NCBI GenBank assembly: GCA_029263725.1
Contig: JAJUFS010000002.1
Coordinates: 785-64,784, forward strand
DNA from: Gammaproteobacteria bacterium
Lineage (GTDB): Bacteria > Pseudomonadota > Gammaproteobacteria > Natronospirales > JAJUFS01
Reading direction: 5' to 3'
DNA: 64,000 nucleotides
Under the pieces are notes generated by a model, which saw only the letters and a list, made by a program, of their open reading frames with translations, was not told where the DNA came from and made no database searches. Below are positions 29,845 through 38,856 of the stretch, one piece after another (position 1 is the first letter of the stretch; every line of letters starts with the position of its first letter). Position numbers and translations under genes: made by a program.

Positions 29845-29853
29845 CCTGTTCGT

Positions 29854-30240
29854 TCAGCGGCGGGAAGCCAGGTGCCTGCCGACCTCTTCCAGCTCACGAA
29901 TGAAGGTTTCGTGATCGTAGCTCAGGCCGTTGAGGAAGGTGCTCCAGCTGCCGCCGAAACGCGACAGCGCCAGCGTGTCCTGGATCTCGCGGTCGGTGGC
30001 GCCATGGAACTTCGCCAGCGCCGTGTGGAAGTTGACGCAGTAGAAGCACAGCCTCGCCGCCGCGGCGGAAATGCCGATGAGCTCGCGTACCTTCGGCTCC
30101 AGCGGCGAGTCGGTCTCCAGCGTGGCCTTCCTGAACAAGGTCCATTCCGCCTGCAGCGATTCCGCAGGGATGGCGCGGAAGAAGCCCGGAACGATGCCGA
30201 GGGTTTCCTCGATCTCCTTGAAGATGCTTTCCGTGGACAT
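29854..30240 (-). CDS. carboxymuconolactone decarboxylase (AhpD-like) family protein
   Basis: It shows the CMD-domain pattern (LEPKVRELIGISAAAARLCFYCVNFHTALAKFHGAT). Confidence 0.85.
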   Translation of the reverse strand: MSTESIFKEIEETLGIVPGFFRAIPAESLQAEWTLFRKATLETDSPLEPKVRELIGISAAAARLCFYCVNFHTALAKFHGATDREIQDTLALSRFGGSWSTFLNGLSYDHETFIRELEEVGRHLASRR

Positions 30241-30369
30241 GATGACTCCTTTTTTATTGTTTGCCGGCAGCGAATCCGCTGCTCCCTGAGCCCGAGGCTC
30301 GCGGCCACCATACTGGCGCGATGGTGAAGCGTCGTTAAGGCAGAGCCTGAACGGAGTCGGCCAGCCGCC

Positions 30370-31131
30370 TCAGGACTTGAGGCGGTAGCCGGTGCGGAAG
30401 ATCCAGGCGATGGCGGCGAGGCAGGCCAGCATGAAGCCCAGCACCATGCTGACGCTGACCACCACGTTGACGTCGGAGACTCCGTAGAAGCTCCAGCGCA
30501 TGCTGCTGACGAGATACACCACCGGGTTGAGCAGGGAGAGCTTCTCCCACAGCGGCGGCAGCATGCTGATGGAATAGAAGCTGCCGCCGAGGAAGGTCAG
30601 CGGCGTGACCACCATCAGCGGCACCACCTGCAGCTGTTCGAAGCTGTTCGCCCAGATGCCGATGATGAAGCCGAACAGGCTGAAGGTGACCGCGGTCAGC
30701 ACCAGGAAGCACAGCGCCCAGCCCGGATGGGCGATCTGGTAATCCACGAACACGCGCGCGGTGACGAGGATCAGCACGCCGAGGATCAGCGACTTGGTCG
30801 CCGCCGCGCCCACGTAGCCGGTCACCACTTCCAGCGGCGACACCGGCGCGGACAGCACCTCGTAGATGGTGCCGGTGAACTTCGGAAAGTAGATGCCGAA
30901 GGAGGCGTTGGAAATGCTTTCCGTGAGCAGCGAGAGCATCAGCAGGCCGGGGATGATGAAGGCGCCGTAGCTGATGCCGTCGATCTCCACCATGCGCGAG
31001 CCGATGGCCGCGCCGAAGACGATGAAGTACAGCGAGGTGGACAGCACCGGCCAGAGAATGCTCTGCATCAGCGTGCGCCCGGCGCGTGCCATTTCGAAGC
31101 GGTAGATGGCGCGAATGGCGTGGATGTTCAT
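30370..31131 (-). CDS. ABC-2 type transporter permease
   Basis: This 253-aa protein has six hydrophobic helices and an ABC-2 family layout. Its start overlaps the ATPase stop by 4 nt. Confidence 0.88.
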   Translation of the reverse strand: MNIHAIRAIYRFEMARAGRTLMQSILWPVLSTSLYFIVFGAAIGSRMVEIDGISYGAFIIPGLLMLSLLTESISNASFGIYFPKFTGTIYEVLSAPVSPLEVVTGYVGAAATKSLILGVLILVTARVFVDYQIAHPGWALCFLVLTAVTFSLFGFIIGIWANSFEQLQVVPLMVVTPLTFLGGSFYSISMLPPLWEKLSLLNPVVYLVSSMRWSFYGVSDVNVVVSVSMVLGFMLACLAAIAWIFRTGYRLKS

Positions 31132-32054
31132 GCGCGGCCCCTCACCAGGTTCACGAAGATCTCCTCCAGCGAGCTCTGGCTGGAATTGAGGTCCTTGTAG
31201 TCGATGCCGTGACGGTCCAGGTCGCGGAACAGCTCGGCGATGCCGGTGGCTTCCTGCTGCACGTCGAAGGAATACACCAGCGTGTGGCCGTCGTTGGTGA
31301 GTTCCAGCCGCCAGCCGGCGAGGTCCTCCGGCAGGCGCTCGAGCGGCTGCTGCAGGTGCAGTTCCAGCCGCCGCCGGCCGAGCTTGCGCATCAGCGCGTT
31401 CTTCTCATCCACCACCACCAGCTGGCCGCGATGGATGACGCCGATGCGGTCGGCCATTTCCTCGGCTTCCTCGATGTAGTGCGTGGTGAGAATGATGGTG
31501 ACGCCGGAATCGCGCAGCTCGCGCACCATGTTCCACATGTCCTGGCGCAGCTCCACGTCCACGCCTGCGGTGGGCTCGTCGAGGAACAGGATCTTCGGCT
31601 CGTGCGCCAGCGCCTTGGCAATCATCACGCGGCGCTTCATGCCGCCGGAGAGCGTCATGATGCGCGCATCGCGCTTCTCCCACAGCGACAGGTCGCGCAG
31701 CAGCTTCTCGACGAAGGCGGGATTCGGCGGCAGGCCGAACAGGCCGCGGCTGAAGTTCACCGTCGCCCAGACGCTTTCGAAGGCGTCGGTGGCGAGTTCC
31801 TGCGGCACGAGGCCGATCAGCGAGCGCGCCTTGCGCGCCTCGCGCAGGATATCGTGGCCGCCCGCCTCGATGGTTCCGGCCGTCGGCGTGACCAGCCCGC
31901 AGATGATGCTGATCAGCGTGGTCTTGCCGGCGCCGTTCGGGCCGAGCAGCGCGAATATCTCGCCGCGGGTGATGTCGAGGTCTATGGATTTCAATGCCTG
32001 GTGGCCGGACGCGTAGGTCTTCTCCAGGCCGCGTATGCTGATGACTGGCTGCAT
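31128..32054 (-). CDS. ABC transporter ATP-binding protein (ABC-2/DrrA-like)
   Basis: [32 protein letters not shown] and [11 protein letters not shown] motifs are present, with a C-terminal regulatory extension. Confidence 0.92.
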   Translation of the reverse strand: MQPVISIRGLEKTYASGHQALKSIDLDITRGEIFALLGPNGAGKTTLISIICGLVTPTAGTIEAGGHDILREARKARSLIGLVPQELATDAFESVWATVNFSRGLFGLPPNPAFVEKLLRDLSLWEKRDARIMTLSGGMKRRVMIAKALAHEPKILFLDEPTAGVDVELRQDMWNMVRELRDSGVTIILTTHYIEEAEEMADRIGVIHRGQLVVVDEKNALMRKLGRRRLELHLQQPLERLPEDLAGWRLELTNDGHTLVYSFDVQQEATGIAELFRDLDRHGIDYKDLNSSQSSLEEIFVNLVRGRA

Positions 32055-32079
32055 GCTGTTCCCTGGGTGATGGCGCGCG

Positions 32080-32259
32080 CTACGTTACCTGCCGCGGCAG
32101 GTCCTCCACAAGCACGCCGGGATCGGGCTCGGACGACGGCTCATCGATCATCGCCAGCAACAGCCGCGGGCGGGCGGCAAGGTAAGCCGCATCGTCTTCG
32201 TCCTCGTCATGCATCTCGATGTGCCCCGGCGAATGCTCCCCCACCGTGAGTGAGATCAT
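32080..32259 (-). CDS. hypothetical small acidic protein (59 aa; below the ORF-track cut-off)
   Basis: Hand translation gives [60 protein letters not shown] strong SD run GGAGGAGGAGCAGGAG lies directly upstream, and third codon positions are mostly G/C, as in flanking genes. It sits between the OMF gene and the ABC-2 ATPase gene. Confidence 0.5.
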   Translation of the reverse strand: MISLTVGEHSPGHIEMHDEDEDDAAYLAARPRLLLAMIDEPSSEPDPGVLVEDLPRQVT

Positions 32260-32292
32260 CTCCTGCTCCTCCTCCGTACGACGAATGAATGC

Positions 32293-33681
32293 TCAACGCC
32301 CCGCCAGCGCCTCGCCGGCGATTCCCCAGCCGCCGCCCAGCGCGCGGTAGAGATCCACCGTGGCGCGCAGCAGCTCGAGCTCGGCGTCCACCTGCTGCTG
32401 CTCGACGCCGCGCAGCTGGCGCTCGACGTCCAGCAGCTCCAGGTAACCGATGCGCCCGGCGAGATAGCGCGCTTCCGCGGACTCGTATGCCGCCTGCAGG
32501 GCGGCGACGCGCTCGCGCTGGGCGCGCATCACTTCGCGGCTCGCTTCCAGGCTGGAAAGCGCATCGAAGGTCTCGCGGAAGGCGGCCTGGATGGCCTTCA
32601 TGTATTGCGCCTGTGCGGCGGCGTGACGGGCGCGTGCGGCGCGCACGCTTGCGCTGCCACGGCCGAGATCGGTGAGCGGCACGTCGGCGCGGGTTGCGGC
32701 CTGCCAGGCATCGTCCTCGAACAGGCCGGCAAGCGATGCCGACACGCTGCCCGCGAAGGCGGTCAGCGACAGCCGCGGGAACAGGCTCGCCTTTGCCTCG
32801 CCGATGCGCGCATTCGCGGCGACGAGGCGATGTTCGGCGGCGCGCACATCAGGGCGGCGTTCCAGCAGCTCGGAAGGAAGGCCCATGGGCACCTCGGGCG
32901 CGGCCGGCAACGCCGCGTCCGAAATCTCGCGGCGCGCCTGCCACTCGGCGTGCATCTCGCGCGGGCTTGCGCCCCTGAGCACGGCGAGCGCCGTCAATGC
33001 CTGGCTGTGCGCGTTGCGGAGCTGCGCAAGTTCCGCCGCCACCGCCGCGGTCTCGCTGCGCGCCTGCTCGTAGTCGTAGCGCGGTATCAGCCCCGCGGCG
33101 AGGCGCTCGCGCTGCAGCTCGAGGTTGGCCTCGCGCGTTTCCAGCAGGCGCGTGGCAAGCGCGATGCGCCGCTCCAGGGCGCGCGTCTCGAAGTAGGCGT
33201 TCGCCACCGCCGCCGCCACGGCGGCGCGCACGCCATCGCGCAACGCCACGTCGGCTTCCATTTCCGCGAGCGCGGCCTCGTTGGCGCGCCGAATGCGCCC
33301 CCACAGATCGATCTCGTAACTGATGGCGAAGCCCGCGCGATACTCGCCGTGCACGCCGCTGCCATCGAGCTCGCGGCGCTGCGATTCGATCGCACCGTTC
33401 ACCGTCGGCACGTAATCCATGCGGGCGAGATTGAGCCTTGCCGCCGCGGCCTCGATGTTGGCTGCCGCCGCGCGCAGCTCGTGGTTGTGGGCGAGCGCCT
33501 GTTCCACCAGCGCGACCAGGCGCGCATCGCCGAAGGCATGCCACCAGGCATCGACGTCGGCGACGCGCGTTTCCGCTTCGGTCCAGCGCTCCGGCAGCTC
33601 GCTTTCCGGCCGCACGTAATCCGGCCCGGCCGCGCAGCCGGCGAGCAGCAGCGCGGCCAACATCCATGCAAACTTATTCAT
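32293..33681 (-). CDS. efflux outer-membrane factor lipoprotein (NodT/OprM family)
   Basis: It has the lipobox MLAALLLAGCAAGPDY and a two-fold repeated TolC-like coiled-coil/beta-barrel pattern. Its start overlaps the RND gene stop by 8 nt. Confidence 0.92.
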   Translation of the reverse strand: MNKFAWMLAALLLAGCAAGPDYVRPESELPERWTEAETRVADVDAWWHAFGDARLVALVEQALAHNHELRAAAANIEAAAARLNLARMDYVPTVNGAIESQRRELDGSGVHGEYRAGFAISYEIDLWGRIRRANEAALAEMEADVALRDGVRAAVAAAVANAYFETRALERRIALATRLLETREANLELQRERLAAGLIPRYDYEQARSETAAVAAELAQLRNAHSQALTALAVLRGASPREMHAEWQARREISDAALPAAPEVPMGLPSELLERRPDVRAAEHRLVAANARIGEAKASLFPRLSLTAFAGSVSASLAGLFEDDAWQAATRADVPLTDLGRGSASVRAARARHAAAQAQYMKAIQAAFRETFDALSSLEASREVMRAQRERVAALQAAYESAEARYLAGRIGYLELLDVERQLRGVEQQQVDAELELLRATVDLYRALGGGWGIAGEALAGR

Positions 33682-36600
33682 GCACCATCTCCCCGCGCCC
33701 CGCTTCGTCGTTCGCTCGACGCAGGCGGAAGTCCGCGATCAGCTTGAAGAACAGCGGCACGAAGAACACCGCGAGGAAGGTCGCGGCGATCATGCCGCCC
33801 ATCACGCCAGTGCCCACCGACTGCCGCGCCGCGGCGCCGGCGCCGCTGGAGAAAGCCAGCGGCAGCACGCCGAGAATGAACGCCAGCGAGGTCATCAGGA
33901 TGGGACGGAAGCGCAACCGGGCCGCCTCCAGCACGGCGTCCATCGTGCCGAGGCCTTCGTCCTTCTTGATGATCGCGAACTCGACGATGAGGATGGCGTT
34001 GCGCGCGGCCAGGCCAAGCAGCGTGACCAGGCCGATCTGGAAATAGACGTCATTGGTCTTGCCGGCGAGCCACACCGCGAGCAGCGCGCCGAACAGGCCG
34101 AAGGGCACCGACAGCAGCACGGACAGCGGCAGCGACCAGCGTTCGTACTGCGCGGCGAGGATCAGGAACACCATCACTGCCGCCAGCACCAGCGCGAAGC
34201 TGCCCGCGCCGCTGGTCGCCTTCTCCTGGTAGGAGGCGCCCGACCAGTCGTAGCTGAAGTCGGGCGGCAGCACCTCGGCGAGGATCTGCTCGACGCGCTC
34301 GATCGCCTGGCCGGAACTGATGCCCGGCGCACCGCTGCCGAAGATCTTCACCGCCGGCAGGTTGTTGAAGCGATCCATGGTCTCGGGGCCGGAGGAATAT
34401 TCCACCGTGGCGAGCGCGGCCAGCGGCACCTGGCGACCGGACTGCGAGCGCACGTGCACGCTGGCGATGTCGTCGGGACGCCTGCGGTAATCCGGATGCG
34501 CCGACATCAGCACCTGCCAGGTGCGGCCGTAGAGGTTGAAGTCGTTGACGTACCAGGTGCCCAGCGTGCCGGAGAGCGTGTCGAACACCTCGTTGACCGG
34601 CACGCCGAGGACCTTGGCCTTCTCGCGATCGACATCCACGTACAGCTGCGGCGCGTTGGCGCGCCACAGCGTGGCGACGTTGCTGAGCATCGGGTCCTGG
34701 TTGGCGCGCTCGACGAATTTCTGCGTCACTTCATTGAGGCGCGCCGCGCCGCCGTCGCCGCGATTCTGGATGTAGAGCTCGAAGCCGCCGGCGGTGCCGA
34801 GACCGAAGATCGGCGGCGGGTTGAAGGCGAGCACCAGGCCCTCGCGGATGTGCGCGGTCTTCATGAACAGCTCGCCGACCAGCTCCTCGGCGGTGACCTC
34901 GCGTTCATCCCAGTGCTTCTGCGAAACGAAGATGGTCGCGGCCGAGTTGCGGTAGCCGCCGCCGAGGAAATCGAAGCCGGTGAACGCGATGGCGTATTCG
35001 TTCGCCGGATTCGACTTGATCGCCTCGACCACTTCCTCGACCACGGCATCGGTGCGGTCCAGGGTCGCGCCATCCGGCAGCATCACCGCGGCGATGTAGT
35101 AGCCCTGGTCCTCGTCCGGCACCAGCGAGCCGGGGATGAGCTTCCACAGTCCCGCGGTCGCCGCGATCATCGCCACGAACATGGCAAGGCCGATCACGGT
35201 GCGCTTCAGCATCCAGCGCACGCCGTCGGTGTAACGGCGCGTGATGCGCGCGAAGAAATCGTTGAACCAGCTGAAGAAGAGGCCGGTCTTCCGGTGGTCG
35301 TCCCTGAGGATGAGCACGCACAGCGCCGGCGTCAGCGTGATGGCGACGAAACCGGAGATCGCCACGGCAATCGAGATCGACACCGCGAACTGGCGGTACA
35401 GCTCGCCGGCAAGGCCGCCGATGAAGGCGATGGGAATGAAGGCGGCGACCAGCACCAGCACGATGGCGATCACCGGGCTGCTCACCTCTTCCATGGCGCG
35501 CACCGCGGCGTCGCGCGGTCCGAGGCCGTTCTCGCGCATGTTGCGCTCGACGTTCTCCAGCACCACGATGGCGTCGTCCACCACGATGCCGATGGACAGC
35601 ACCAGGCCGAACAGCGTCAGCGTGTTCACCGAGTAGCCGAGCATCTGCAGGCCGGCGAAGGTGCCGATCAGTGACACCGGCACCGCCAGCGAGGGAATCA
35701 GCGTGGCGCGCCAGTTCTGCAGGAACAGGAAGATCACCAGGAACACCAGCACCATGGCCTCGACCAGCGTCTTCACCACCTCGCGTATCGAGACCTTCAC
35801 GAAGCGCGTGGTGTCGTAGACGACGCTGTACTCGAGGCCTTCCGGGAAGCGCGCGGCGAGCTCGGCCATGACCGCGTTCACCTCCTCGGCGACATCCAGC
35901 GCGTTCACGCCGGGCTGCAGGAAGATGCCCACCAGGGTGGCGTTCTCGCCGTTCACGCGGCCGCGGAACTCGTAGTCGCGCGAACCAAGTTCGACGTCGG
36001 CGACGTCCCTGAGGCGCAGGATGGAACCGTCCGGCTCGGTGCGCAGCACGATGTTCTCGAACTCCTCGACGTCCTCCAGCCGGCCCTGGCTGGTGATGGT
36101 GTAGACCAGCTCCTGGCCGTTCGCCGTCGGCGGCTGGCCGATCTTGCCGGGCGCGAACTGTGCGTTCTGCTCGCGGATGGCGCGCGCGACGTCACCCGGC
36201 GTGACGCCGAGGCGCGTGAGCAGATCGGGCTTCAGCCACACGCGCATGGCGTAGTCCTTGGCGCCGAAGATCTGCACGCCGGTCGTGCCGGGCACGCGCT
36301 TGAGGCGATCCAGCACGTTCATGGTCACGTAGTTGCTGATGAACACGTCATCGAAGCGGCCGTCGGGCGCGCGGAAGGCGAGCACCTGCAGGAAGGACGA
36401 GGAGCTCTTCTCTACCGTGACACCCTGGCGGCGCACTTCCTCCGGCAGGCGCGCCTCGGCCTGCTTGACGCGGTTGTTCACGTCCAGCGCCGCCTTGTCC
36501 GGGTCGGCGCCGATGCCGAAGGTCACGTAGATCTCCACCACGCCGTTCGAGGTCGAGGTCGAGTTCATGTAGAGCATGTCCTCGACGCCGTTGATCTGGT

Positions 36601-36802
36601 TCTCCAGCGGTGCGGCGACGGTCGCTTCCAGCACCTCGGCAGACGCGCCCGGGTACATGGCGCGCACCATCACCACTGGCGGCGCGATCTCCGGGTACTG
36701 GGCGACGGGCAGGACGCGCAATGCGGCCAGCCCGGCGATGACGATGAAGGCCGACACCACGGTGGCGAAGATCGGCCGGTCGATGAAGAAACGGGAAAAC
36801 AT
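33674..36802 (-). CDS. RND multidrug efflux permease (HAE-1, AcrB/MexB-like)
   Basis: The 1042-aa protein starts MFSRFFIDRPIFA.V.S..I...G and has a twelve-TM, two-large-loop architecture. Confidence 0.96.
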   Translation of the reverse strand: MFSRFFIDRPIFATVVSAFIVIAGLAALRVLPVAQYPEIAPPVVMVRAMYPGASAEVLEATVAAPLENQINGVEDMLYMNSTSTSNGVVEIYVTFGIGADPDKAALDVNNRVKQAEARLPEEVRRQGVTVEKSSSSFLQVLAFRAPDGRFDDVFISNYVTMNVLDRLKRVPGTTGVQIFGAKDYAMRVWLKPDLLTRLGVTPGDVARAIREQNAQFAPGKIGQPPTANGQELVYTITSQGRLEDVEEFENIVLRTEPDGSILRLRDVADVELGSRDYEFRGRVNGENATLVGIFLQPGVNALDVAEEVNAVMAELAARFPEGLEYSVVYDTTRFVKVSIREVVKTLVEAMVLVFLVIFLFLQNWRATLIPSLAVPVSLIGTFAGLQMLGYSVNTLTLFGLVLSIGIVVDDAIVVLENVERNMRENGLGPRDAAVRAMEEVSSPVIAIVLVLVAAFIPIAFIGGLAGELYRQFAVSISIAVAISGFVAITLTPALCVLILRDDHRKTGLFFSWFNDFFARITRRYTDGVRWMLKRTVIGLAMFVAMIAATAGLWKLIPGSLVPDEDQGYYIAAVMLPDGATLDRTDAVVEEVVEAIKSNPANEYAIAFTGFDFLGGGYRNSAATIFVSQKHWDEREVTAEELVGELFMKTAHIREGLVLAFNPPPIFGLGTAGGFELYIQNRGDGGAARLNEVTQKFVERANQDPMLSNVATLWRANAPQLYVDVDREKAKVLGVPVNEVFDTLSGTLGTWYVNDFNLYGRTWQVLMSAHPDYRRRPDDIASVHVRSQSGRQVPLAALATVEYSSGPETMDRFNNLPAVKIFGSGAPGISSGQAIERVEQILAEVLPPDFSYDWSGASYQEKATSGAGSFALVLAAVMVFLILAAQYERWSLPLSVLLSVPFGLFGALLAVWLAGKTNDVYFQIGLVTLLGLAARNAILIVEFAIIKKDEGLGTMDAVLEAARLRFRPILMTSLAFILGVLPLAFSSGAGAAARQSVGTGVMGGMIAATFLAVFFVPLFFKLIADFRLRRANDEAGRGEMVHE

Positions 36803-36811
36803 GCGGCCTCC

Positions 36812-37999
36812 TCAGCGGTTGCCGGCGACGGCGAGCGTGGCAGCCGGGTCGTTGGCGACATGGGCCACGACCGGCGCGCCGGGAGCGAGCCGCACGAAGT
36901 TGTTGAGAATCACGATGTCGCCGGGGGCCAGCCCCTCGCGCACCACCCACTCGGCGCCGCGCGGCGTGGCCACCCACTCGCCGACCTCCACCGGCCGGAT
37001 CGCGGCGATGGCGGCGCCGGTGTCATCCGTGCCGACCACGAACATGAACTTGCCCTGCGGACCTTCCAGCACCGCCTTCTGCGGCACGGTGATGGCGTTC
37101 GGGCGCTTCGCACCGTTGACCTCGACGCGCACGAACTGCCCGGCCTTCAGCAGGCCATCCGGGTTCGGGAAACGCGCCCGCAGGGCGTAGGTGCCGGTCT
37201 TGGCATCAATGCGCGCGGCGGAGAAGTTGATGTGACCGACGATGTCCGGGACGCTGCCGTCGGCCAGCCGGATGCGCACCTGGCGCTCCTCCTCCTTCGG
37301 CACCTCCAGGCGGCCGGCGGCCTGCTCGCGCCGTTCCGCCAGCCACTCGTTCTCCGAGATGGAGAAATGCACGTCCATGGGATCGGTCTGCACCAGCGTG
37401 GTCAGCAGGCTGTCCTGCCCGGCCGTCACCAGCGCCCCCTCGAACTTGTGGGCGATGCCGGCAATGCCGTCGATGGGCGCGGTGACCACGGTGTACTCCA
37501 GCTGGATGCGCGCGTCGCGCAGCGCGGCCTCGGCGCGGCGCACCTCGGCAGCGGCGAGTTCCGCTTCCGAGGTGGCGTCGTCGATTTCCTTGCGGCTGAC
37601 CGCGTCCCGGGCCGCCAGCGGCTCCAGCCGTTCGCGTTCGCGCTCGGCGCGGGCGAGCTCGGCCCTGGCGCGGGCCAGCGCGGCTTCCGCGGCGGCGACC
37701 TGCACCTCGAAGGGCCTGGGATCGATGCGGAACAGCGGCTGGCCGGCCTTCACGGCCTCGCCTTCCTCGTAGAGGCGCTGTTCGATGATGCCGGTGACGC
37801 GGGCGTGGATCTCGACCTCGCGGGCGCCCATGGTCTGGCCGACGTATTCGCGGGAAACGGGCACGGGCTGCGGCACGACGACCACGGCGTCGACTTCCGG
37901 CGGTGGATAGGACGGCGCCGCTTCCTCTGCCTGGCCCAGGCAGCCGGCCAGCAGAAGCGCCGCGAAAGACAACAGGAATGGCTTGAAATGGCGTGTCAT
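36812..37999 (-). CDS. RND efflux periplasmic adaptor lipoprotein (AcrA/MexA-like)
   Basis: The start is at MTRHFKPFLLSFAALLLAGC (lipobox). The upstream 110 codons of the ORF-track call are unsupported. Typical MFP coiled-coil and beta-barrel regions are present. Confidence 0.9.
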   Translation of the reverse strand: MTRHFKPFLLSFAALLLAGCLGQAEEAAPSYPPPEVDAVVVVPQPVPVSREYVGQTMGAREVEIHARVTGIIEQRLYEEGEAVKAGQPLFRIDPRPFEVQVAAAEAALARARAELARAERERERLEPLAARDAVSRKEIDDATSEAELAAAEVRRAEAALRDARIQLEYTVVTAPIDGIAGIAHKFEGALVTAGQDSLLTTLVQTDPMDVHFSISENEWLAERREQAAGRLEVPKEEERQVRIRLADGSVPDIVGHINFSAARIDAKTGTYALRARFPNPDGLLKAGQFVRVEVNGAKRPNAITVPQKAVLEGPQGKFMFVVGTDDTGAAIAAIRPVEVGEWVATPRGAEWVVREGLAPGDIVILNNFVRLAPGAPVVAHVANDPAATLAVAGNR

Positions 38000-38049
38000 C
38001 ACTAGGCTCCGAAAGGGTTCGGGGAAAACATCCCGACTGCTGCGCAATA

Positions 38050-38073
38050 TACATACATACGCGAATGTTTGTA
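38050..38073. promoter_or_regulatory. AcrR/TetR-type operator, 24-bp inverted repeat
   Basis: TACATACATACGCGAATGTTTGTA has half-sites matching 10/12. It matches about 20/24 positions of the E. coli AcrR operator as I recall it (TACATACATTTGTGAATGTATGTA). It lies in the AT-rich divergent region between the adaptor gene and the TetR gene. Confidence 0.65.
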
Positions 38074-38204
38074 AACTGGTGATAGAATTCCGTATATCAA
38101 GGGGCAGGACGGCTGTACCGCGAAGGCCGCCTACCTTATAAGAGCCCTCCTGACAGCCTTGTGTCAGGAAGGTTGATCCAGGGTGAAACCGAGCGAGTAC
38201 CGGA

Positions 38205-38846
38205 ATGGCGAGGCGAACCAAGGAAGAAGCACAGGCAACCCGCGAGAAGCTGCTCGACGCGGCGGCGCGCATGTTCTGCGCCCGTGGCGTGACGGCCACC
38301 TCGCTGGACGACATCGCCCGCGAGGCCGGCATGACACGCGGCGCGATCTACTGGCACTTCCGCAACAAGCAGGACCTCATCGAGGCGCTCATGGAGCGCA
38401 AGCGCATGCCGCTGGACGAGACCTGGGGCCATTGCCAGCTCGCCGGTGAAAGCGATCCGCTCGGCCGCATCCGCCGCAATGCCATCGAACAGCTGCACCG
38501 CGCCGCCACCGAGCCGGGCGTGCGCCAGGTCTACGAGATCCTGTTCCACAAGTCGGAAAGCGTCGAGGACGGCGGCACCATCATGGAACGCTGCCTCGCC
38601 TCCCGGCACGAGTGCGTGCCGCACATCGAGGCCGCCTTCCGCGCCGCCATCGAGCGCGGCCAGCTGCCCGCGGGCGACGTCCCCACCATGATCGCGGGCT
38701 TCTTCAGCTACCTCGACGGCCTGATCTACAACTCCTTCCTGCATCCCGAGGTCATCCGCCTCGACGAACTCGCCGAGCACTACGTCGACATCTACATCGA
38801 AGGGCTCAAGCGCCTGCCGGTGAAGGCCGCGACCGCCGCGGACTGA
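38205..38846 (+). CDS. TetR/AcrR family transcriptional repressor
   Basis: It has the N-terminal HTH ATREKLLDAAARMFCARGVTATSLDDIAREAGMTRGAIYWHFRNKQDL and is divergent from the RND operon. Confidence 0.92.
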   Translation: MARRTKEEAQATREKLLDAAARMFCARGVTATSLDDIAREAGMTRGAIYWHFRNKQDLIEALMERKRMPLDETWGHCQLAGESDPLGRIRRNAIEQLHRAATEPGVRQVYEILFHKSESVEDGGTIMERCLASRHECVPHIEAAFRAAIERGQLPAGDVPTMIAGFFSYLDGLIYNSFLHPEVIRLDELAEHYVDIYIEGLKRLPVKAATAAD

Positions 38847-38856
38847 TTCCAGCCGC

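Noticed and set aside
36812-38332. A 506-aa version of the RND adaptor extending through the TetR operator region.
   Set aside because: The extension precedes a canonical lipoprotein signal (MTRHFKPFLLSFAALLLAGC), which must be N-terminal. It also runs across the AT-rich promoter/operator region. The start at 37999 is preferred.
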